Of a stretch of DNA of 64,000 nucleotides, positions 46,502 through 56,879 are shown one piece after another. Source of the DNA: Flaccisagitta enflata. Lineage: Eukaryota. The stretch spans positions 7,254,001 through 7,318,000 of the forward strand of contig OZ231126.1 in assembly GCA_965153355.1 (NCBI GenBank), read 5' to 3'. Under the pieces are notes generated by a model. The model saw only the letters and a list, made by a program, of their open reading frames with translations. It was not told the DNA's origin and searched no databases. How positions within the stretch are numbered: the first letter of the stretch is position 1; the number at the start of each line of letters is the position of its first letter. A program made the translations under genes and the position numbers.

Positions 46502-47193
46502 CTTATTTTGCAGTAGGCAAAAGGTATACTTAGGGTGCTTTTAGCATAAAAGGCACTCAAATATATTGTTCCTCTTGTCATATACATGACGTAAAAGCAT
46601 GATCATTGATCAATGACAATAGCATTTGGTGGTTATAAGTTTCAATCAATAGAAATGAATAATGATAGGAGGAAAAGCGAAAGAATTGAGTGGCATCGTA
46701 GTTTCATAACTTTGATTAAATATTCTACAAACACCCACGCACATGTTTGCGCCATGTTTGCGTGAGACGAACATCAACCTGAAATTTGTTTTAGTTTTTT
46801 ACGACGTATATGTGCCGTTATATACACGTGCAGAATGACTGGTAAACACGTGAAGAAGAAGAAGAAGAAGAAGAAGAAGAAGAAGAAGAAGAAGAAGAAG
46901 AAGAAGAAGAAGAAGAAGAAGAAGAAGGAGAAAGAGTAAAAGAAGCAGAGAGAAAGTGAACAAGTACACAAGGCCGGTTTCACGGCTATCCCAGTCGCGT
47001 GCGGGTGGGTAGGGGCCATATTTAAGGTCACTTAACCATTTGGGCAGTAGCTGTTAGGTCATCAGGCCAAAGATTCAAATCACAAAAAAAAGTGAAATGT
47101 GATGGACCTACCGACATACGAACCAACAGACAGACTGACCGACCGACCGACAGACCGACGGACAACGCGGGGCGTAGAGACGCGTAGGATGCA

Positions 47194-47283
<90 letters not shown>

Positions 47284-48164
47284 GAAAGAGAGAGAGTCGG
47301 AATCATTTTATCATATGGTTGACAACCATATTGATAAGCGACTATTTTGGATTGCCAAATCAAGATTTACAGATCATCGAAATCTTCCATGGAGCACAAC
47401 TTTCCTACATAGAGTTTCCAATATTGATTGCAGTAATAGATTCGTTATGTGGATGATTAAGGCATTGAGCCACTTCGGCTTAAGTCACTAGTACCGAGAC
47501 ACAATGGGCAGGCGCGACCACACTACCAAGTTGCCAACTTCAGGACCGTTGGTAGCGACACCAGCTTTTGTCACCTTCTGTAAACTACTACGTATTTCAA
47601 ATGGGTAATAATCATTGATAAAAATTATTGAATGCATTGCATACATCTGTTATTTAAAAACTTGACAACAAATGAAACCAATATGTTTTTTTTTTTTGTA
47701 CATGAAAAGCGTTGATATAATTTGTTTATTTTGTTTAAGCTACGTATTGATAATTGGCAATAGTTCCAATTGATTAAAGTTTAAACATTTGTCCAAAAAA
47801 TAGAAATCTTGATACTGCATTATGCAAATAAGATTATTGGTGATGAAACATCTTCCATGTCTATAGCTCAGGGTTGGTAAACATGAAGTTAAACAGGATT
47901 GAGACAGTTTGACAAGTCGGAAAATCCCAGGGTTAGATGTAAGGAAAGAACAAGGCCAAGTAGGCCATTAAGGTGCGACGTGTGGATCGTCGAACGAATG
48001 CGTTACCCAACCAACCGACCGACCAACCAACCGACCGACCGACGGACACAGCCAGTTAAATGCTTTGTCGCACCTAAAAACTGGCACGCCTTGATGCATG
48101 AAATAGATAGAGATATAAACGGATAGATAAGTACTGAGCTATCCGTTTATCTGTGGATGTTTAC

Positions 48165-48260
48165 CTTTTTATAGATCGGAGATTCGTACATTCTTGGGTC
48201 TCTTCCGGTCATCGAGTTAATGGCGTATATATGAATTACCGGCATAGTCTCAAACAACAC
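48165..48260 (-). CDS. Dynein heavy chain exon
   Basis: cctcag|VLFETMPVIHIYAINSMTGRDPRMYESPIYKK|gtaaac. Confidence 0.92.
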
Positions 48261-48266
48261 CTGAGG

Positions 48267-48325
<59 letters not shown>

Positions 48326-48346
48326 TAGAGATATAGAGATATAGAG

Positions 48347-48517
<171 letters not shown>

Positions 48518-48520
48518 AAG

Positions 48521-48554
<34 letters not shown>

Positions 48555-48661
48555 TAGATATAGACAGACAGACAGACATACAGACAGACAGACAGACAGA
48601 CAGACATCAGAGAGAGAGAGACAGACAGATAGACAGACAGACAGACAGACAGAGAAGAAAG

Positions 48662-48734
<73 letters not shown>

Positions 48735-48739
48735 TAGAT

Positions 48740-48776
<37 letters not shown>

Positions 48777-48825
48777 GAGAGAGAGAGAGAGAGAGTGTGA
48801 GAGAAAGACAGAGACAGATAGAGAC

Positions 48826-48923
<98 letters not shown>

Positions 48924-49117
48924 TGGAAGAGAGAAATAGGTTCATTTCAGCCTTCAAGCTTCAACAATGCACGACCAGTAAAGCAACTAAGCAAGCTGCC
49001 CCTCCGAACTATGAAATGTTCATATATGGTCATGTAAGAAAGGCCCCTTTCGTTTTAAAATCGCGAGAAGGGTTGGTATCCATCTATGTTAAGCCGTGCG
49101 ATGCAACCCGAACTTAC

Positions 49118-49210
49118 CTTTGGCTTGGGTTCGACAAGTTTGCAGCCTCTCCGGTCCCAGCCAGCACCTTCAATGTACAGACCCCAAACGTAAACACCCT
49201 CCGCGGGTGG
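49118..49210 (-). CDS. Dynein heavy chain exon
   Basis: tatcag|[31 protein letters not shown]|gtaagt. Confidence 0.93.
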
Positions 49211-49323
49211 CTGATATGAAAAAGAGTAAATGGTTAACTTACATCTGTGCTTCAGGGGTGTATATAATGGAGTCACTTTTGATTTCCCCCCCTTCCTATG
49301 ATTTTCTTCCTTGTAAAACAATA

Positions 49324-50643
49324 CAGGGTGAACATTGTCAAATGCAAAAAAGTATTAAGCTTTTACTCCTTGATGCTTGATCTTTATGACCTGGAAACAT
49401 TTTCCTCTTTTAGTATTATGCTTGACGTTTTTAGTGTCAAAATTTCATGGGTCTGAGTTGAATAGTTTGTTCAAAACAACAGTTTGAAGTAAAATGAAGA
49501 TTTACTGCTTAAGCTTGATTACTGAATTTTTTTATCAGAGCAGTTTCTTTTTGAATCGTTTTGATATTAAAATGATCTAAGCCACAGATGCTACCTTGGT
49601 CTTGGTCTCGTCAAACATAATACTTTAAGAAAAAAGTGATTCCAGGTCAGGAAAATGAAGCATCTAGGTGGGGCTTGAAATAATATTGCTTGTCGCGTGA
49701 AACACTTCTGATTTTGCTCTGAAATTGAATTCAACTGCGTGTAAGATAGCGCCACGACGGCCAAACGCCAGCTTCTGTAATCGCGCGAGTGGCACCCATG
49801 GATAGAGCGCGTTGATTAGCTTTGGATTTCGTCCAAAAAACCACAGATCAAAGCGACACTGATTTTTAATATCAAATTTACTAACATGACATTGGACACA
49901 ATTTCTTGTTCATGCGTTCAGAGTTAAAGTCCAGGGACTTAAAGGTCAACTTAAGAGTAGGATTTCAATTTCTTTTTTAAGCTGAAGTGTTTCATTGATA
50001 TAATGGTCATTCTTTTTTTCATCAATGTCACTCATCAGGTTTGGAAGATATTTCACTTTTCACTCTAGATCTATTTCCTTACTCGGATGAAGACATATGT
50101 AAAGGTGATTTTTAAGGTGCGATTTTCCTTGTCATCATTGCTGTCTCACTATACTGTGGCGAGTTACGCACAGGTATCACCTCTCACCAAAACATTTTTT
50201 CTTCATGGCGCTATATTGCAAGACAGCCTGCCGCATGCAGTGGGATTCACATTTGGTAAAAAAATGCACTCTCTGCTCATCTGAGTATCTGTCTATTCAT
50301 TTTTTTCTTGATTTCAGTCAGTCTCTCTGTCTTTCTTGGCGCGCAATGATACATTGGAAGATCAACTCTGACTAAGAAATAATTTTAGTGGAGATGAGTT
50401 TTAAAAAAAAGTTGTAGGATAAGTGTTGCTTTTTTTCTCTATGTTTTAAATAAGAAAAGTTTTTAAAACATCTAAACCAGTAATGCTGAACATTTTTCAT
50501 TATCACAATTTTATTCAGCGTCCTCACTTTACTCAGAGAACTTAAAGTGCATTATGAACGAGCTTTTTAATCCCCGCGGTTTTCGCCGCCTAATCTAGGG
50601 GCAAGAGCTTAATACATTTTTGCATTTGACAATGTTCACAATG
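49324..50643. mobile_element. Non-autonomous mariner-like element nested in a hAT relic
   Basis: TA|CAGGGTGAACATTGTCAAATGCAAAAA.GTATTAAGCT ... AGCTTAATAC.TTTTTGCATTTGACAATGTTCACAATG|TA; subterminal region similar to the 684-1285 MITE. Confidence 0.75.
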
Positions 50644-51459
50644 TAAAACATTGTAGATCAGCTTTAAATAGTGTTTTACTAACTAGTTCTTATGATTTGG
50701 TACTGTCCCCCTTTGATTTTCTTCCCCATCTCCAAACCCTTTGATACTCTCCCCCAACAGGAGGTGAGGAAACTCATATATACAGAACTGAGTTAAAGTT
50801 GAATTTAAGTTGATTGTTATAATTAACTGGCAAAACCCGCGAGAGAAAGTCACAAATAGAAAGATGAGAAATTCATCGACAATTTGACTAAATATTTAAG
50901 GCACATGCACATGCACATGCACATGCACATGCACATGCACATTGATTCTTTGGTCTCATTTCTGACAGCCAGAGAAAGTTTCTATTATAATTGGAAGAAA
51001 GCGGAATAACGTCATTGCACTGTTATTATGCGCTGCAGTGACCTAATTTCACTTTTGGCTTGGTTGACAGCTCTTAACCTCAACTCACGCGGCAATATCA
51101 AACATTTCGGTACTGTTTTCGAACTCGCTGATGTCTTTTGTTTTACTTACTTTCTGAGCGGGTTTTTATTTAGGGTTAGGGGTAGGGTTACGGTTGAGGT
51201 TTGGGTGGGGGATGGTTTTAGGGTAAGGGTCAGGGCTAGCGTCAGGGCTAGGTGAAAGTTGGGATTTATACATTTCAACCCGAATCTACTCGAATTGAAG
51301 CTTCGCCCAAACGGGAAGACCCGGTAAAAACATAAGATCAGTAGCGTCTTCGAAATTTCTTCCAAAATTTCTAAAACAAATAACTACAAAGCGCCACACA
51401 GAGTGTTGCCACACAAAGAACCACACAGTGCGAAAGTACCACAAAGTTTGAATGTATAC

Positions 51460-51528
51460 CTGCGTAATGTCGTCTTTGAGATATCTCGTGACGTCGTTAT
51501 GAATAACGACCGTATCCAGCGCCCAGCC
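51460..51528 (-). CDS. Dynein heavy chain exon; absent from the ORF track in this frame
   Basis: ttttag|GWALDTVVIHNDVTRYLKDDITQ|gtatac. Confidence 0.92.
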
Positions 51529-51678
51529 CTAAAATCATAAAAATATTTGAAGTCAAGGTTCGTGTAACTGATCCGGCCTCATCCAGGTTGTTTTTAATCA
51601 ACAACAACATAGCTACTCCCACCACCACCACCAACGACGACGTCAACAACAACGACAACAATAACGACAACAATAACG

Positions 51679-51748
<70 letters not shown>

Positions 51749-51957
51749 AAGCAACAACAACAACAACAAAAGCAACAAAACAAAAGCAGCAATAACCGGG
51801 TCCAGCACCTGTCCCTCAATTTGTGATGAAGATCATTGAACCAGTTTTGTTTTAATTTAGTTAATTGCGGAGGGAGACATGAAGCATCAAAAATGACCTA
51901 GTTGTCGCTTTAAACGTCATTTAATGATAATGCTCCCTTCTGCTTCCTCCGTTCGCT

Positions 51958-52041
<84 letters not shown>

Positions 52042-52044
52042 TCC

Positions 52045-52107
<63 letters not shown>

Positions 52108-52123
52108 TCCTCTCCGTCTCTCC

Positions 52124-52157
<34 letters not shown>

Positions 52158-52160
52158 TAC

Positions 52161-52334
52161 CTTGTGCGTTCTCGCCACTTCTTGTCTCATGGCCGTGAGG
52201 AACCCAACTGGGTTAAAGAATCCCGTCATCCAGAAGACGTTTGGTCTTCCATCGAAGCACCAAGATTGGAATTGAGTGTGTCTATCAACCAACTCGGTGA
52301 ACCAAAATCCCAACGCGGATGAAGGCCAGGAGAT
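52161..52334 (-). CDS. Dynein heavy chain exon
   Basis: ccaag|[15 protein letters not shown]...[30 protein letters not shown]|gtaagg. Confidence 0.95.
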
Positions 52335-52685
52335 CTTGGTATAAGAGAGAGACATTAGAACAAATGAAAATTATGCCAAATGGGACTTTAGTGTGTTTTT
52401 TTTTTGTCATTTTTTCGGGGGGGGGGGGCAGACAAAAAAAATTTGTGCTTGTATATAATTGTATGTTGTTATGACCTCGGTGACTCGATGTTGTTGAACT
52501 GTTCATATTCACGTAAAAGTAACAGCTGCTGTTGTTGCTTTTGTTGTTATTGCTGTTGTGGTTGTTGTTGTTGACTTGTTGAATTGTTGTTGTTGTTGTT
52601 GTTGTTGCTGTTGTGGTTGTGGTTGTTGTTGTTGTTGTTGTCGACTTCTTGTTGTTGTTGTTGTTGCTGTCGCTGCAGTCCTAAC

Positions 52686-52786
52686 CTTTTCCCAGAATCC
52701 TGGGACTTGTCCGTTGTACATTGCATCCAGCGCCTCTCGCAGCGTCTCACTCATGATGATCGAACCGTCGATAGCAAGTTTTAAAT
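52686..52786 (-). CDS. Dynein heavy chain exon
   Basis: taacag|(D)[33 protein letters not shown]|gttagg. Confidence 0.93.
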
Positions 52787-53056
52787 CTGTTAGACAAAAG
52801 AAATTTTAAAGAGAATGTGTCCATAAAGTGCTGTCTATTGATGACAAAACAATGAACGTGTGCTTTCCGTCTGACTGTATTGTCTGATTCTTTGTTAAAC
52901 GGCAACCACCAGGTAGCCTTGCCTTCTATTCGGCAGTTCCGTACACGTACAACGACCGTGGCGTAGTGGGTTGCTACGTGGCGTGGCAACTCGACGTGGA
53001 AACGTGGGTCTCAAAAATCACGGGAGCTAAACAACAACCATCAACACTCGCAGACA

Positions 53057-53124
<68 letters not shown>

Positions 53125-53129
53125 CTCAC

Positions 53130-53352
53130 CTGTCAGCGTTTCTCTGACTAGAGTGATGACTTTCTGTATCCTGTCGATTTCTTGTCTGAGGAAGATGTTC
53201 ATAGGAAGCAGAGATCCCATTTTCTGGAGTCTTTCCTTGACTTCGAAGCCTTGGAAGTCGGCCGGAAGTCGCTCCAGCATGTCGTCGCAGAGACGGAAGA
53301 CGACCGCTTCTCGAGTCTCTCCTCCGCCGCCGCTCGCGTCTTTTGGCTGGAT
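53130..53352 (-). CDS. Dynein heavy chain exon (most 5' exon in the window)
   Basis: gaacag|[18 protein letters not shown]...[25 protein letters not shown]|gtgagg; phase 1 matches the next exon. Confidence 0.93.
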
Positions 53353-53539
53353 CTGTTCCCAGGCGAAAATGATAAAAAAACAAACAAGTAACACGGGGTT
53401 ACAATATCGTCGCGGACGTAAGGAGGGAGGGGCAGGGGCGTACAACCCCCTGTATCCTAAACTCACGCACTCTCACTCACAACTGCAGCATCTGAAATGC
53501 GCGTCTTTACTCTTTCCCACTCAAGTGTGATGGACCAAC

Positions 53540-54136
53540 GGATTATTGCTGGCAACTTTAGGAGTTTCCAACCAAAAGAACCTCTGATTCAGCGTTTTGC
53601 TTTTAGTACTTCAATCCTGCTATTTGCCGTAACACGTTTCACTTCTTATATCCGTTACACGTTTATGCCATCCGGTCACGAACCGGATTATTGCTGGCAA
53701 TCTGCCAGGGAGGATTGAAGCCCCCTTTTTTGGAATCTCACTGTCCAATGAGAGCGCCTCATTGTCCGTTTTCTAACCAATCAGGAATAGCCTTTTGGTT
53801 TCATAACTCGCCGCCTTCAATCCGGTTTTAGAACATTCCGGAATAGGATTGAAGCACCCTTTTTTCGGTGCACCTTTTTACACCAATCACAGCTCTTAGC
53901 TTAGCCAATCAGGATTTGCCTGATCAACTAAATTGCCGGAGATAATCCGGTTGTGTAACAGCTGCCCCTTTAAAAGCAGAAGGATTTGCCTTCTCTTCAG
54001 TTGCTGCTTAGGTCTTCCTGACTTTGATATTCAATCTTCAAATAAAATCATCTAACAGATACTTGTTCTGATTTGATTCTTCAGACTCATGTTAGTAGTC
54101 TCTAACGTCTCATGTAGTTTACCCGGATATTCTACA
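53540..54136 (+). repeat. 5' LTR, lacking the first ~33 bp; right end at 54136 or alternatively at 55055
   Basis: CCAAT boxes, TTTAAAA at 53969-53975, TCAGTT at 53997-54002, AATAAA at 54041-54046; candidate ends CTACA|tTGG (54136) and TAACCACA (55055). Confidence 0.75.
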
Positions 54137-55056
54137 TTGGTGAGCCCAACTGGAACTTGTTCCAACCTTCGAATCCCAAATGGGATAGCAGCTGGCCTGC
54201 AGTGCCACCTATCCTTTCCAGCAGAGTGCGAAAGCAGGAGAGGGCCGCCGCCCAATCCTGGACCGAGTAACACTCGCCACGGTTACGTGGTTTTTGGTAG
54301 CCAATACCTGTCCTTCGGGAAGTAGTGCTGATTTGTGGGGAGGTAGGCAACGCCGCAACCTCCGTCCCTTGCCTTTATGCGTTTCGGGGACCTCCTCCAT
54401 ATCAGCTACGTTGGACAAAAATCTGGCATACTGACAGCTGGAAGTCAGTTCTCTGAGTTGTGTTCCAACTCTGGCCGGTTTCCTAGCATATTCGTCTCTG
54501 AGTGGAGTGGTTGATCCCCACCTGTTTAGGTCTGGTTGATCATATTTTTTAGCTCTCCTTCAGTTTCGTCATAGCTTGGACCGGAGCATGGTCAGTGGCA
54601 GTGTGGGATCCCCGGAGACCTTTGGCTCTGGCAAGCACCCCCTCGATGGGGTGTCAGGTTTCTCCACAGCGTGCCTTTAATATATTCCATACAGAAACAA
54701 GGAATTGCACAATAACTTTGATTTCCGTGGTCCCTGACTTAACTGACTTTACTCTCGTACCCACCATCCTGTCTGTCTACATCAGTTTGCTATTACTCCC
54801 TACGGGTCGAGTTGAACTGCTCCCGACAGCACCTTAGTCAGCCAACCACACTGCCTGAAGCCAGGGTCCATTTACTGAGAAACATATGCAAGGGCATGTA
54901 CACACTACATGTCCATTCCATATCTCTTCAACGCTTCATCGAAAATCAACTTGTGGGATGGTCCCCGGAGTCGTGAGACAAAGGGGTCGCCGTTGATACC
55001 ATCCTTGCACTTGAATCTAACCTACAGCCTCACCTTCCGCTCAAACGTAACCACAT

Positions 55057-55129
55057 GCCGTGGTGGCTGATCCGCTATCAAACTTCTCTGTGGATTCAAA
55101 GGTTGTAGGATCGAATCTCAATCCTGCCA
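55057..55129 (+). other. tRNA-derived (His-like) Pol III A/B-box module; not a foldable tRNA
   Basis: 73 nt, starts GCCGTG; TGGCTGATCCG A-box-like; CTGTGGA at the anticodon-loop position; AGGT variable region; GGATCGAATC B-box-like; ends CCA; cloverleaf stems are degenerate. Confidence 0.5.
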
Positions 55130-55700
55130 GTTTGTTTCTGACCATCTTTCGAAAGGGTGATCCCCCATTGATCTCACCCCGCCGCCAGCGATCGCTCGTT
55201 TCAACTCGTCCGCTTTTTGCTTGCCTTCATTCGCCTTTGCCATTACCGTCAACTACACAAATACCTCAAAGCAATATTAGTCACCAGCCTCCACGGCCAA
55301 ATTGGTAACTAACTGGACAGCAAATCCAAGGGTCCAAGGATCGAATCTCCAGGAAGACTTTGAACAACAGCAGCAAGTCCACCCCTCGACGTTGAAAGGC
55401 AAAGACCAGTAGCGGCCGACCGAATCGGGCTACTCACGCACTCCGCTTGCTCAAGAACACCGGTCCCCTTAACCCCTGGGGGCCGCTTACAGTTCGTCAA
55501 CAGCAAATCTGCAGCTCCAGCGGTGCCGGAGCCGCCGTGGACAGTCCTGCCCAGACAGGAACAGTGGCAAATAGGAGGTCCCCGGTGCGGGAACTGCCAC
55601 CTGCCCCAACAGGTGAACCGGGTAGAATTGGGAATGCCCAGTTCATATTAACAAACCGATACTTTCCTGATTCCTTTTCCTCCTCTTTGCTTTCCTTCCA

Positions 55701-56879
55701 ATGCCCACGCCCAGGGAAGACCGCGCCTCCGCACGTGACGAAAGGAGAAATCTCCAACTACCTATACCCGCTCTTGGCCGCTCAGAACTGATACGCTCGC
55801 GATCACCGTCACCAAATCCTATCGTCCCGGGACGTTTCAATTTTCCTACTCTTCCCCGGCCGGAACCGCATCAATTCGAAAACGCCCCAGCTGCAGCAGA
55901 AATGGCCACCCAAGAACAACTTGACGCGCTCCGCGAGCAGCTCCGCAACCAACTCCGCGACGAAGTTCGCAACGAACTCCGCAACGAGACTACTGCCGCG
56001 GCGGCTGCAATTCCGGACGCCATCCGAAAGAAGCCGGAAATTCCTCCGTTCGACAAAAACCACGTCGAAATATGGATTAAAAGGACGGAGAATGCCTTCA
56101 TTCGGGCCAACATAAGAGCAACGAACGAGAAATTTGCGTTCCTGGAAACAAAATTCCCAGTCGGCTACGACCCGAACATCGACGAATATTTGTATGGCGA
56201 TGCCACCGACGCACAATGGACGGCGTTTCTTGCATATCTCCGCAAAGAATTTGGCCCAACCAAACAGCAACGCGCTTCCATCTTCCTTGACGGCTTCAAA
56301 CGCGAAGGCAGAAAGCCGTCTCAATATGTCGCCGCCCTGGACGAAAAAACAAAGGACGTCACAGTCGACGACATCAAAAAGGAGATGTTGGTCAGGGAGA
56401 TGCCCACAGAAGTCCGGCGCATGCTCCAAGAACGCATCGACACCATGTCACTCAAAGAAGCAGCGAAGATAGCCGACTCTTACTTTGACTCGGAAGGCCG
56501 CCCGCGCCACATTCATCAGTCAACGAGCAACGCCAACGCCGTATCAGCCTCACTCGAATGCCTTAGCATCGAAGACGATGAAGTCAACGCCGTCGGACGC
56601 GGTCCTCCGCAACGCAATCGGTTCCGTAACCGGCAACAACAAAAACCAGAGCCATCCAAAGCGTCCTCCGCTCCAAACTCCCGTAGCGGCACCCCTGCCG
56701 GCAACTCCGACAGAGGAAAACCGCCGCCATCCGGCCGACGCGAGAACAGAGGCGCCCCCACTGTCCAAAAGCTGTGCAGATACCACATTCAATTCGGCGA
56801 CGGGGCCCGCACATGCGAACGTGGCTGCGACAAATTCAACAGCATTCCATCAAACGGGAAGGCCGGCCGGCAAGCGTGA
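55701..56879 (+). CDS. gag: Gag-like protein (alternative start ATG at 55902)
   Basis: IPPFDKNHVEIWIKRTENAF capsid-type motif; C-terminal CRYHIQFGDGARTCERGC zinc knuckle. Confidence 0.9.
   Translation: MPTPREDRASARDERRNLQLPIPALGRSELIRSRSPSPNPIVPGRFNFPTLPRPEPHQFENAPAAAEMATQEQLDALREQLRNQLRDEVRNELRNETTAAAAAIPDAIRKKPEIPPFDKNHVEIWIKRTENAFIRANIRATNEKFAFLETKFPVGYDPNIDEYLYGDATDAQWTAFLAYLRKEFGPTKQQRASIFLDGFKREGRKPSQYVAALDEKTKDVTVDDIKKEMLVREMPTEVRRMLQERIDTMSLKEAAKIADSYFDSEGRPRHIHQSTSNANAVSASLECLSIEDDEVNAVGRGPPQRNRFRNRQQQKPEPSKASSAPNSRSGTPAGNSDRGKPPPSGRRENRGAPTVQKLCRYHIQFGDGARTCERGCDKFNSIPSNGKAGRQA

Noticed and set aside
54060-55055. Hammerhead or HDV ribozyme, or a known viral IRES
   Set aside because: No CTGANGA...GAAA core or convincing HDV topology found by eye; IRES resemblances are too short to name
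55057-55129. Functional tRNA-His gene
   Set aside because: Acceptor, D, anticodon and T stems do not pair; only the layout and boxes remain
55346-55358. Tf1-like self-priming site (AGCAGCAA complementary to TTGCTGCT near the TSS)
   Set aside because: Only 8 nt and not adjacent to either candidate LTR end
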